NCBI GenBank assembly: GCA_002696965.1
Contig: NZUB01000049.1
Location: forward strand, 1 to 40,728
Source of the DNA: Flavobacteriales bacterium
Lineage (GTDB): Bacteria > Bacteroidota > Bacteroidia > Flavobacteriales > TMED113
Length of the DNA stretch: 40,728 nucleotides
Direction: 5' to 3'
The notes below the pieces were generated by a model that worked only from the letters and a program-made list of their open reading frames with translations, did no database searches and had not been told where the DNA came from. A program made the position numbers and the translations under genes. Of the stretch, positions 17,878-27,172 are shown piece after piece; position 1 is the stretch's first letter, and each line of letters begins with the position of its first letter.

Positions 17878-19968
17878 ATGATATTTTGTAGCTCTCTTAT
17901 TGTCAACTCAACAGTTTTTGAATTATTGGGTTGTTTTTTTTTGAGTCTTTTTTTAAGCTTTTTTTTATATAGAAAACATAGTAGTTTACAGGATGTTTCT
18001 AAATTAGTCAGGGGGGGATTATTTGTTTTAAGGTTTTGTGTTTTTTTTCTGCTTTTTTTCTTGTTATTTAATCCTCAATTGAGAAAAGCAGAAAAAATAG
18101 AAGAACATCCTATAATTGTATTTATGCAAGATAATAGTTCTTCTGTTAAATTAAATTCAGATTCCTCATATTACGAAAATACTTATTTGTTTTTTTTAGA
18201 TTCTTTATTTAAAAATAAAAAATTAGATGTAGATGTTTTTTCTTTTGACCAATCTATCAATAAGGGTTTTTCAGATTTTTCTGGTGATTTCACAAATTTG
18301 TCAAATGTTTTAGATTATGTTTCAGATTTATATTCTAATCAAAATATTGGTGCATATATTCTAGCTTCTGATGGCATTTATAATAAGGGGCTCAATCCTT
18401 TGTATTTAAAAAAAAACTATAATGCTCCATTGTATACAGTATTACTTGGAGATACTACTATACGAAAGGATCTTTCAATTGTAAGTGTTAAGACTAATAA
18501 ATTATCATATTTAGGTAATAGCTTTCCTGTTCAACTTAATATTAAAGCTCATCAAATGAATGGTGCTAATTTGAGTATTAAGGTTTTTGATAATACAGAT
18601 TCTTTATTTAATAATCCTATATTTATAAAAAAATCTAGTATTGATAAGATTCATTATCATGAGAATGTTGAATTTTTTATATCACCAGATTCCCCAGGTT
18701 TACAATCTTATTCTGTCCATTTAGAGACTGATTCCTATGAAACTAATTTAATTAATAATCATGATGTTTTTCATATAGATATTATAGATGATAGACAAAA
18801 AATTTTAATATTATATTCATATCATCATCCTGATGTAACAGCTCTTAAACATAGTTTGGAGAGTTATGATCAATATCAAGTAGATACTGAGTGGGTAGAA
18901 AAAAAGAAAACATCGATGAGTAATTATCAAGACTATAATTTAATTATTCTTCACCAAGTGTCTGATTTTAGTCAAATAGATGATGTTAGTTTAAATGATG
19001 TGCCTGTTTGGTATATAATGGGTAAAAATTCTAATTTATCCCAACTAAATCAAATTCAAAATACTGTTTATTTTAATGATGCCAATCATGTTTTTGAATT
19101 TTCTGATTTTGTATTAAATGATAATTTTTCAACTTTTGTTTTATCAGATTCTTTAAAAGATTTTTTATCATTATCATCATCATTATTGGTTCCGTTTTTA
19201 GCCCCGGAATTAAATAATCTTACGGATGTTTTATTATATAAAAAAATAGGATCTTTAGATACTAATCAACCTATTTTATTTTTTTCAAAAAGTAAGCAAA
19301 AAGAAGCCTATTTATTGGGAGAAGGTTTATGGAGATTAAAATTAAACGATACGTATTTAAATAATAATAATCTACTTTTTAATACTTTTATTAGTAAGAT
19401 TGTTCAGTCTTTATTATCAGATGATAAAAAAAAGCGATTACATATACATTACAATTCAATTCAGAGCTCTAATGCTAGAATTGTTTTTGAAGGAGAATTA
19501 TATAATAAAAATTTTGAATTGATTAATTACCCTGAATTAAATTTAGTTATAAGTGATTCAGTGGACCAAGTATATAATTATCAATTAAATAGATTATCTA
19601 ATACCTATTATTTAGATATAGTATTGCCTTTAGGCAGATATGATTTTTTAGCTACATCAGAATTAAATAATGAAATATTTACTGATGAGGGTAGTTTTGT
19701 TGTGGTAAATCCTAATTTTGAGGCTAAAAATACTATTGCGAATTATGAACTATTACATAACCTAGCAAGTTCACACAATGGTTATGTTACTACAATGGAT
19801 AGTCTAGATCATTTATTACAAAGAATTAAGGATTCTTCTAGTTTTAAAGTGTCTTCCTATTTCAATTATAGTTTTAAATCTTTAATTAATTTTCAGTCTA
19901 TATTAATATTATTATTGTTTTTATTATTTATAGAATGGTTAATAAGAAGACGTTATATCAATTTTTGA
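17878..19968 (+). CDS. Membrane protein with a BatA-like N-terminal double-TM region, a vWA-like MIDAS motif and a C-terminal TM anchor (696 aa)
   Basis: Two N-terminal hydrophobic helices separated by a basic loop. IIVFMQDNSSSV (DxSxS MIDAS-like) follows immediately. The C-terminal helix is SILILLLFLLFIEWLIRRR. No catalytic motifs are recognised. Confidence 0.5.
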   Translation: MIFCSSLIVNSTVFELLGCFFLSLFLSFFLYRKHSSLQDVSKLVRGGLFVLRFCVFFLLFFLLFNPQLRKAEKIEEHPIIVFMQDNSSSVKLNSDSSYYENTYLFFLDSLFKNKKLDVDVFSFDQSINKGFSDFSGDFTNLSNVLDYVSDLYSNQNIGAYILASDGIYNKGLNPLYLKKNYNAPLYTVLLGDTTIRKDLSIVSVKTNKLSYLGNSFPVQLNIKAHQMNGANLSIKVFDNTDSLFNNPIFIKKSSIDKIHYHENVEFFISPDSPGLQSYSVHLETDSYETNLINNHDVFHIDIIDDRQKILILYSYHHPDVTALKHSLESYDQYQVDTEWVEKKKTSMSNYQDYNLIILHQVSDFSQIDDVSLNDVPVWYIMGKNSNLSQLNQIQNTVYFNDANHVFEFSDFVLNDNFSTFVLSDSLKDFLSLSSSLLVPFLAPELNNLTDVLLYKKIGSLDTNQPILFFSKSKQKEAYLLGEGLWRLKLNDTYLNNNNLLFNTFISKIVQSLLSDDKKKRLHIHYNSIQSSNARIVFEGELYNKNFELINYPELNLVISDSVDQVYNYQLNRLSNTYYLDIVLPLGRYDFLATSELNNEIFTDEGSFVVVNPNFEAKNTIANYELLHNLASSHNGYVTTMDSLDHLLQRIKDSSSFKVSSYFNYSFKSLINFQSILILLLFLLFIEWLIRRRYINF

Positions 19969-20138
19969 TTATGTTTTCATATAGCTTGGATGCTGAATTA
20001 AAAAAATAAATATAAATTAGCTATAAATTGAATGAAAGTCTTTTGACTATGTTAGTAGAATTAAATATTGATTTCAATAGACTGGACAATTGATTTATTC
20101 AAATAAAATAACATTATAACAATTAAAAAATAATTATT

Positions 20139-20951
20139 ATGAATCAAAAATTAAACCCAATTGCGCTTATTGGATTATTCGCAGCTATTTTTATTTTATT
20201 ATTTGGCACTCGTGTAACCTATACTGTAGGGCCAGGCCAAAAAGCAGTAGTTTTTTATAGATTTGGCAAAGGATTAGATAAAGAAAATGTCAAAGATCAA
20301 GGCTTTCACTTTATAGCTCCTTGGAATGAAAAGTATATTTATAACGTGAGGATTCAGGAAGATTTATCAATCATGGAAGTTCTTTCTAAAAATGGATTAA
20401 CAATTAGAACGGAATTGTCTTATAGATACAAGCCTGTCGACAATAAGGTTGGTTATGTTCATGATGATTTAGGAGTTAATTATCATGAAAATATTATTAT
20501 CCCAGAAATAAGATCAGTTACCAGAGAGGTTATTGGGGAATATTTACCAGAAGAATTGTATTCTACTAAAAGAGAAGTGATTGAAGATGAAATTTATGAA
20601 CGAACTAAAATTGCTTTATCTTCCAAAAATCTTTTGCTTGATGCAGTGTTAATTAGAGATGTAACTCTTCCAAAAACTCTACAAGATGCAATTGATAATA
20701 AGTTAAAGGAAGAACAAATTTCTTTGGAATATGATTTTAAATTAGTTCAAGCAGAGAAAGAGGCTCAAAAACAAATTATTGAAGCTGAAGGTAAAGCCAA
20801 GGCAAATAGAATTTTAAGTGCTAGTTTAACGGACAATATCTTAAGAGATAAAGGTATTGAGGCAACTTTAAAGCTTTCGGAATCTAATAACACTAAAATT
20901 GTTGTAGTAGGGTCTCCTGAAGATGGTTTGCCACTTATTTTAGGAAAATAA
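20139..20951 (+). CDS. SPFH/prohibitin (band 7) family membrane protein
   Basis: N-terminal TM helix, an SPFH core (VLSKNGLTIRTELSYRYKP, IIPEIRSVTREVIGEY) and a coiled-coil AEKEAQKQIIEAEGKAKAN. Confidence 0.85.
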   Translation: MNQKLNPIALIGLFAAIFILLFGTRVTYTVGPGQKAVVFYRFGKGLDKENVKDQGFHFIAPWNEKYIYNVRIQEDLSIMEVLSKNGLTIRTELSYRYKPVDNKVGYVHDDLGVNYHENIIIPEIRSVTREVIGEYLPEELYSTKREVIEDEIYERTKIALSSKNLLLDAVLIRDVTLPKTLQDAIDNKLKEEQISLEYDFKLVQAEKEAQKQIIEAEGKAKANRILSASLTDNILRDKGIEATLKLSESNNTKIVVVGSPEDGLPLILGK

Positions 20952-20957
20952 TTAAGT

Positions 20958-22946
20958 TTAGAAATTAGATATTTTCTTTTCTAACATAAATAAATAATCC
21001 CTTTGTTTTGCAGCTTCGCTGAAATTCATTGAGATAGCAGCTTCGTTCATTTGTTTTTTAACTTGTCTAGCCTTCTTTTTTAGGTCTTTTAATGACATTT
21101 TATTAAGGGTGCTCTTGTCAATCATTTCTTTGTTTTCAATGGTGTTCTTTTTAGAAATGAAATTCTGCAAAGAAGAAATTTTCTTCACCAGAGGTTTAGG
21201 TGTTATCTTATTTTGTTGATTATATTTCTCTTGTATTTTTCGTTTACGATTATTATCCTTAATAGTTTCTTTTATAGAATCTGTAATTACGTCTGCGTAT
21301 AATATACTAGTCCCTTCAATGTGTCTTGCTGCTCTTCCAATTGTTTGGATTAAAGATCTTTTTGACCTTAAAAAACCTTCTTTGTCAGCATCTAAAACAG
21401 CTACTAATGAAACCTCGGGTAAATCTAATCCCTCTCTTAGTAAGTTGACTCCAATTAAAACATCAATATTTCCTTGTCTTAAGTGTTTCATAATCTCTAT
21501 TCTTTCTATTGTGTCAATATCTGAGTGTATATAAGTTGTTTTAATTCCTGCTTCAATTAAATAATCACTTAATTTTTCTGCCATCTTTTTTGTTAATGTA
21601 GTTACTAATGTTCTTTGTTTTTTATTAATTCTTATATTAATTTCATTGATTAAATGGTCTATTTGATTAGTTGATTTTTGAATTATAATATTTGGTTCTA
21701 ATAGTCCAGTAGGTCTTATTAGTTGTTCAACAATAACGCCATGACATTTTTCTATTTCATAGTCTCCAGGAGTTGCGCTTAAGAACACAATTTGTTTTTT
21801 TATATTTTCAAATTCTTCAAAGTTAAGAGGTCTATTGTCTAGTGCAGATGGTAGTCTAAAACCATAATCCACTAATGTTTTTTTTCTAGATTGGTCTCCT
21901 CCATACATTGCTTTTACTTGAGGAAGTGTCACATGACTTTCATCAACAATTAATAGAAAATTTTCAGGAAAATAGTCCATAAGACAAAAGGGACGTTCAT
22001 TTTCTTGTCTTCCGTCTAAATATCTCGAATAGTTTTCTATTCCACTACAATATCCTAGTTCTTTAATCATTTCTATATCATAGTTAACTCTTGATTTTAG
22101 ACGTTCAGCTTCTTGTATTTGTTTATGATTAATTAAATGAGTGAATTGTGTTTCTAATTCATTTAATATCTTGGGAATCGCATTTTGTATATTTTTTTTT
22201 GATGTTACAAATATATTGGCAGGTGAGATGTTTAGATTTTGTATATCAATAGTTGTATCCTGTATATAATTCACTTGTTGAATTTTTTCAATTTCATTAC
22301 CCCAAAATGTAATTTTATAATAAACATCAGCATTACTTGGGTGAATTATAATTGTATCTCCTACCACTTTAAATTCCCCATGTTGTAATAATATGTTTTC
22401 AGTTCTTGTATATAATGCTTCAATTAAATAAGTAATCAAATTTTTTCTTTCAAGTTTTGTATTTCTATTTATTTGAATTGATTTTTCTTTGAAGAAATTA
22501 GGGTTTCCTAAGCCATATATACAAGAAACTGATGCTATTACAATTACATCTTTTCTGCCTGTTAATAATGATGTTGTAGTGTTAATTCTAAATTTTTCTA
22601 TTTCTTCATTAATTGAAAGATCTTTTTCTATATAGGTGTTGGTTGCAGGTAAGTAGGCTTCAGGTTGATAATAATCATAATATGAAACAAAATACTCCAC
22701 GGAATTTTTTGGAAAAAAATTTTTAAATTCTTCATATAATTGTGCAGCTAATGTTTTATTATGACACAATACTAAAGTAGGAGTGTTATGCTGGGCAATC
22801 ACATTAGCCATTGTAAATGTTTTTCCAGATCCAGTGACGCCTAATAGGCATTGTGCATTAATTTGATTTTTTAAACCATTTAGCAATTTATTTATAGCTT
22901 CTGGTTGATCACCAGTTGGAGAATATGTGGATTTTAATTCAAACAT
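20958..22946 (-). CDS. uvrB: Excinuclease ABC subunit B
   Basis: Walker A GVTGSGKT, DESH box (IVDESHVT), helicase motifs and a C-terminal UVR domain (AAKQRDYL). Length 662 aa. Confidence 0.95.
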   Translation of the reverse strand: MFELKSTYSPTGDQPEAINKLLNGLKNQINAQCLLGVTGSGKTFTMANVIAQHNTPTLVLCHNKTLAAQLYEEFKNFFPKNSVEYFVSYYDYYQPEAYLPATNTYIEKDLSINEEIEKFRINTTTSLLTGRKDVIVIASVSCIYGLGNPNFFKEKSIQINRNTKLERKNLITYLIEALYTRTENILLQHGEFKVVGDTIIIHPSNADVYYKITFWGNEIEKIQQVNYIQDTTIDIQNLNISPANIFVTSKKNIQNAIPKILNELETQFTHLINHKQIQEAERLKSRVNYDIEMIKELGYCSGIENYSRYLDGRQENERPFCLMDYFPENFLLIVDESHVTLPQVKAMYGGDQSRKKTLVDYGFRLPSALDNRPLNFEEFENIKKQIVFLSATPGDYEIEKCHGVIVEQLIRPTGLLEPNIIIQKSTNQIDHLINEINIRINKKQRTLVTTLTKKMAEKLSDYLIEAGIKTTYIHSDIDTIERIEIMKHLRQGNIDVLIGVNLLREGLDLPEVSLVAVLDADKEGFLRSKRSLIQTIGRAARHIEGTSILYADVITDSIKETIKDNNRKRKIQEKYNQQNKITPKPLVKKISSLQNFISKKNTIENKEMIDKSTLNKMSLKDLKKKARQVKKQMNEAAISMNFSEAAKQRDYLFMLEKKISNF

Positions 22947-23685
22947 AATCCTTAGTAATTAAATGATTCCATATTTCCCAAGCTTTCTCTGCTTGTTTAA
23001 TAAGCATCTGTTTACCATTGATGACTTGCGCACCTTGTGCTTCGGCTTTTTTTAAAAAAAGAGTTTTTTTGGGATTATATATTAAATCAATACAACAGTG
23101 TTTATTGGTAATTAAATTATAAGGTATTTTAGGCGCATTATTAATGATTGGATATTGACCTAAAGGAGTAGTATTAATTATAAGTTTGCAATCATCCATC
23201 ATATTATTAATTTCGGAATATTTTTTCATATTAATTCTGGGTTTTCTAGAAACTATACAATATTTAATTTGTTTTAATTTTAAACTATACGATATAGTTT
23301 TAGATACGCCTCCAGATCCTAATATCAATGCTTTTGGATTGTTTATATTCAAATTGTCTAATATACTTTGAAAACCAATAAAGTCTGTGTTAAAGCCTAT
23401 TTTTTCATTTTTTGAGTTAATAAAAACTGTATTGACTGATTTTGTGATAGTAGCTATTGGTCCTAATTTATCTATATATTGGATAATAATTTCTTTATAG
23501 GGACTTGTTACATTAAATCCAATGAGCTTTTTATTTTTTATTAACTCATCAATTAGCTTTATGTGGTTTAAAGGTAATAATGAATATGAAAAGTTTTTGA
23601 TTTTGTTATTTTGGAATTTTTTGTCAAAATATGCTTTTGAAAAAGAATGACTAAGATTTCCCCCAATTAACCCTAGATTATACAT
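22939..23685 (-). CDS. aroE: Shikimate dehydrogenase
   Basis: LIGGNLSHSFSKAYF, NVTSPYKE and GSGGVSKTI (NADP-binding glycine motif). It overlaps the uvrB start by 8 nt. Confidence 0.85.
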   Translation of the reverse strand: MYNLGLIGGNLSHSFSKAYFDKKFQNNKIKNFSYSLLPLNHIKLIDELIKNKKLIGFNVTSPYKEIIIQYIDKLGPIATITKSVNTVFINSKNEKIGFNTDFIGFQSILDNLNINNPKALILGSGGVSKTISYSLKLKQIKYCIVSRKPRINMKKYSEINNMMDDCKLIINTTPLGQYPIINNAPKIPYNLITNKHCCIDLIYNPKKTLFLKKAEAQGAQVINGKQMLIKQAEKAWEIWNHLITKDYV

Positions 23686-24610
23686 TTTTATATTTTCTTC
23701 CTATATGTTCAATGCCAATTATTGTTATGAATCCAAGTAATATAAGTAAAACTGAAAATACATCATTTATATTGCTAAATTCAGGCGTTTTTAGAATGTT
23801 TAGTTCTGGGTGTTTCCATGGCCATATCCAAAGCAATGAGCCTATTATAAATCCTGTTAAAGTTGCAAATGTTTTACTTCTATGTTTTGATATTAACCAT
23901 TTGATTGATCGACTAAATAGTAGGATGCTAAACACATGCCCCAAAAGGAAAACAATAAATATTAGCAAGTAGTTTCTAAATTCCTCTATGTTATTTCCAG
24001 ACAAATAATTTTGAATATTTCTCGGATTAAATATGATTAGTATTTTGGACATTAATAGTTCATAATTTCCCAAAAGCACTAGTAGGTATGAACCTGACAA
24101 CCCCGGAATCAGCATACCTAAAACTCCAATACTTCCACATAAAAAAACAAAAAATAGATTTTGATTTTCTCCCATATGGGGATTGGCTAAAAAAATAGCT
24201 AGAGATATCATGAATCCTATTATTCCTAATAAATATTCTGACAAGTTCCATTTTTTCACATACTTAGATACATACCAAGAAGAGATGCCAATGATACCAA
24301 AAAAATATGACCAAGTGTACTTTGCAAAATGCTCGAATAAATATTCTAGTAAATTAGCCATTAACATATAACTACTAATGATACCAATAGAAATTGATAT
24401 TAGAAAATTCAATGAAATATGTTTTTTGACACCCTGGAAATTAAAATCTCTAATTAATTTTAATAATTGGATATCAAATTTTGTAATAATATTAATTATT
24501 TTCTCATAAATCCCCAAAATGACTGCTAATGTAGAACCAGATATACCGGGTATTATATTTGCAATTCCAATAATGATTCCTTGTAATATATGAATTAGAA
24601 ATGTCTTCAA
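23678..24610 (-). CDS. DUF368 family integral membrane protein (polyprenyl-phosphate transporter-like)
   Basis: A duplicated IPGISGSTLAVILGIYE / IPGLSGSYLLVLLGNYE motif is characteristic of DUF368. About 8-9 TM helices. Apparent TTG start. Confidence 0.75.
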   Translation of the reverse strand: MKTFLIHILQGIIIGIANIIPGISGSTLAVILGIYEKIINIITKFDIQLLKLIRDFNFQGVKKHISLNFLISISIGIISSYMLMANLLEYLFEHFAKYTWSYFFGIIGISSWYVSKYVKKWNLSEYLLGIIGFMISLAIFLANPHMGENQNLFFVFLCGSIGVLGMLIPGLSGSYLLVLLGNYELLMSKILIIFNPRNIQNYLSGNNIEEFRNYLLIFIVFLLGHVFSILLFSRSIKWLISKHRSKTFATLTGFIIGSLLWIWPWKHPELNILKTPEFSNINDVFSVLLILLGFITIIGIEHIGRKYKNV

Positions 24611-24624
24611 TTTATCTGTTGTAT

Positions 24625-24915
24625 TTATTTTAAATTTTTATATGCAGAGTAGCCACCAATTAGGTTGTATACATTTTGAAAATTAAATTTTTTTTTGAGC
24701 ATATAGACTACAGCAGCAGCACGTCTACCAGATTGGCAGTATATGACTACAGTCTTATCGTTACTAATTTTTTGTTTTGATTCAAGAATCTGACCCATAG
24801 GAATATGGATGGATTGAATGTGACCATTTTCATATTCGTATTTTTCCCTAATATCAATTATTTGAACTTTGTTTTTTTCAAGTTTCAATAAGTCTTTTAT
24901 TGTAATTTCATTCAT
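24625..24915 (-). CDS. Single-domain rhodanese (sulfurtransferase) protein
   Basis: 96 aa with the active-site loop YCQSGRRAA (CxxGxR). It starts 1 nt after the comA stop. Confidence 0.8.
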   Translation of the reverse strand: MNEITIKDLLKLEKNKVQIIDIREKYEYENGHIQSIHIPMGQILESKQKISNDKTVVIYCQSGRRAAAVVYMLKKKFNFQNVYNLIGGYSAYKNLK

Positions 24916-24916
24916 C

Positions 24917-25675
24917 TTATTTCATAAAATTAAAAAAAGTATCTCCTCTAAGACCTAATCTAAGACATTCTAAAGGAATAACATCATTTGTTCCAATATT
25001 ACCTAGATTAACATTTGGACCTAGTAGTTTAATAAAAAATACTTGTTGCTGTTTTTTAGGAGCTTCCCATAAAATTTTTTCCTTAGGTATTTTAGTTAAA
25101 ATTTCTTCAATTAAATCTGATCTAACTTCTCCTCCGCTCCGATATAATCCAACATTCCCACTTTCTCGTGCTTCTGCAATAACTTTCCATGAGCCTGCTT
25201 CTAATTCTTTTGCCATAAGTTCTATCCATTTTGAAGGGGCTAGAATTTTATTAGAGCTTTTATATCCTACTTCAGAGAATACAGTTATATTTTGATTAGC
25301 AAGCTGATTTATATATTCACATTTTTTATTATGGTCCATTTTGATACTTCCATCAGATATTTCTACAGTATTTAATTCTAGCTCTTTTATAAGATTACAA
25401 TATTCTGTAAACAAATTTCTGGCAATATATGCCTCAAATAATGTCCCTCCTAGATATATTTTTATATTATGTTTTTTATATAATTTAATTTTTTTAGATA
25501 TATTTTTACTTATTAGTGAGGTGCCAAAACCAAATTTGATAATATCAATAAAACCTTCACTTGTTTCCATTAAACCCTCAGCTTCGACTGTAGATATGCC
25601 TTTATCCATAACCATTGTTAAGCCTTTTTCTCTTGGTTTTATAGTTCTCTCAGGTATATTTTGCAATTCAATCAT
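24917..25675 (-). CDS. comA: (2R)-phospho-3-sulfolactate synthase
   Basis: KPREKGLTMVMDKG, IDIIKFGFGTS, LGGTLFE, VEISDGS and EARESG blocks match the ComA family along its full length (252 aa). Confidence 0.85.
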   Translation of the reverse strand: MIELQNIPERTIKPREKGLTMVMDKGISTVEAEGLMETSEGFIDIIKFGFGTSLISKNISKKIKLYKKHNIKIYLGGTLFEAYIARNLFTEYCNLIKELELNTVEISDGSIKMDHNKKCEYINQLANQNITVFSEVGYKSSNKILAPSKWIELMAKELEAGSWKVIAEARESGNVGLYRSGGEVRSDLIEEILTKIPKEKILWEAPKKQQQVFFIKLLGPNVNLGNIGTNDVIPLECLRLGLRGDTFFNFMK

Positions 25676-25703
25676 AAAATATTATCTATTAGTTCAGTAT
25701 GTG

Positions 25704-25711
25704 CAAAAGTA
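25704..25711 (-). promoter_or_regulatory. Candidate -7 promoter box (TACTTTTG on the minus strand) for the comA operon
   Basis: Exact TAnnTTTG match 28 nt upstream of the comA ATG at 25675. Confidence 0.3.
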
Positions 25712-25755
25712 TTAAAATGATAAGATTCTGTGGTTATTTCTGTTAAAAAGTTATT

Positions 25756-25763
25756 TACATTTG
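25756..25763 (+). promoter_or_regulatory. Candidate -7 promoter box (TACATTTG) for glmM
   Basis: Exact TAnnTTTG match 17 nt upstream of the ATG at 25781. Confidence 0.4.
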
Positions 25764-25780
25764 TTTAGTTAAATTGTGAT

Positions 25781-27172
25781 ATGACTTTAATTAAATCTAT
25801 TTCTGGGATAAGAGGCATTATTTATGATGATGATTCGGAAGGCTTGTCTACTATTGAAATTACAAATTGTGTGAAGCAGTTCATAATGTGGATTAATAAA
25901 AAAAATCCTATCAACAATAAAATTGTTGCCTTGGGTCGTGATGGAAGAGTTAGTGGAGCTCAAATATGTGAATTAATTAAATCCATATTAACTTCTCATG
26001 GGCTTAATGTGTTAGATTTAGATTTGACTACAACTCCTTCTGTACAGTTGGCGATTATTTCTGAGAACTGTGTTGCTGGGATAATGGTTTCAGCTAGCCA
26101 TAATCCAATTAGCTGGAATGGCTTGAAATTTTTAAATAAAAGTGGGGAGTTTTTATCTAAAAAAAATGCTCTTGAAGTTTTTAATATGGAAATAGATGCA
26201 CAACCTACATCTATTAATCAGGGAGATGTTGTTAAAATAGATTATAAAGAGAAACATATTCAATCTGTTTTAGATTTAATCGATGTTGATGTACAAAGAA
26301 TTAGATCAAAAGGTTTTCGAGTTGTAGTAGATGGAATTAATTCGTCTGGTGGTGTTTATGTACCTTATTTATTAAAAAAAATAGGTGTTGAAGTAATCGA
26401 GATTAATTGTGATGCAAATGGACAATTTGCTCATAATCCTGAACCTTTACCAGATAATTTATCCCAACTTGCTAGCACTGTAACTGATAATCAGGCTGAT
26501 TTTGGTATTGCTGTTGATCCTGATGTTGATAGATTGGTTTTAGTTTGCGAAGATGGTTCTTTTTTTGGTGAAGAAAATACAATTGTTGTAATTGCCAAAT
26601 ATATACTTCAAAATTATCCTGGTAATAGTATCGTTTCTAATTTATCTACTACTAGAGCAGTGCAAGATATAGCGCAAGAATATAATGCACAGCATTTTGA
26701 ATCTCCTGTAGGAGAAAGTAATGTGGTAGATTTAATGAAACAAAAAAAGTCTATCATTGGCGGAGAGGGTAGTGGTGGAATTATTTTTGCTCCATCACAT
26801 CACGGGAGAGATGCTTTAGTGGGTATAGCACTTTTCTTATCTTATGTATCTAGTGTTAATTACTCTGTTAAACAAATAAAATCTTTACTTCCAAGTTATT
26901 ATATGATTAAACATAAATTTGTTTTACAAAGAGATACACACTTTGAGTTTAGTGATTTTGTTAATTTTAAAATTAAATTTTGTCAAAACAATAAGTTAAA
27001 TTATACATTAATTGATGGTATTAAAATTTATTATCAATGTGGTAGTTGGTCTCATATTAGAATGTCTAATACAGAGCCTCTAATTAGGTTAATTGTTGAA
27101 TCAAAAAGTGAAGAAAGAGCATTAGAAATTAAATCCTTATTAATTAAAGAAATAAATATATTAAGTACATGA
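25781..27172 (+). CDS. glmM: Phosphoglucosamine mutase (alpha-D-phosphohexomutase superfamily)
   Basis: Phosphoserine loop SASHNPISWNGLKF, metal-binding GIAVDPDVDRL, and GGEGSGG. Length 463 aa. Confidence 0.75.
   Translation: MTLIKSISGIRGIIYDDDSEGLSTIEITNCVKQFIMWINKKNPINNKIVALGRDGRVSGAQICELIKSILTSHGLNVLDLDLTTTPSVQLAIISENCVAGIMVSASHNPISWNGLKFLNKSGEFLSKKNALEVFNMEIDAQPTSINQGDVVKIDYKEKHIQSVLDLIDVDVQRIRSKGFRVVVDGINSSGGVYVPYLLKKIGVEVIEINCDANGQFAHNPEPLPDNLSQLASTVTDNQADFGIAVDPDVDRLVLVCEDGSFFGEENTIVVIAKYILQNYPGNSIVSNLSTTRAVQDIAQEYNAQHFESPVGESNVVDLMKQKKSIIGGEGSGGIIFAPSHHGRDALVGIALFLSYVSSVNYSVKQIKSLLPSYYMIKHKFVLQRDTHFEFSDFVNFKIKFCQNNKLNYTLIDGIKIYYQCGSWSHIRMSNTEPLIRLIVESKSEERALEIKSLLIKEINILST

Noticed and set aside
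18011-18017. A G7 homopolymer near the 5' end of the vWA-like gene, together with T7-T9 runs at 17934-17966 and 18041-18059, considered as possible slipped-strand phase-variation tracts.
   Set aside because: Identical G7 runs (GGG GGG Gly-Gly codons) occur in essential sucD (16784-16790) and in the GT2 gene (103-109). The poly-T runs simply encode Phe-rich TM helices in an AT-rich genome. Nothing suggests contingency-locus behaviour.
19969-20138. A 170-nt gap upstream of the SPFH gene, examined for a tRNA, an sRNA, a small ORF or a terminator.
   Set aside because: It contains no tRNA-like cloverleaf elements, no convincing hairpin plus T-run, and only ORFs of 12 codons or fewer. I cannot support a feature here.
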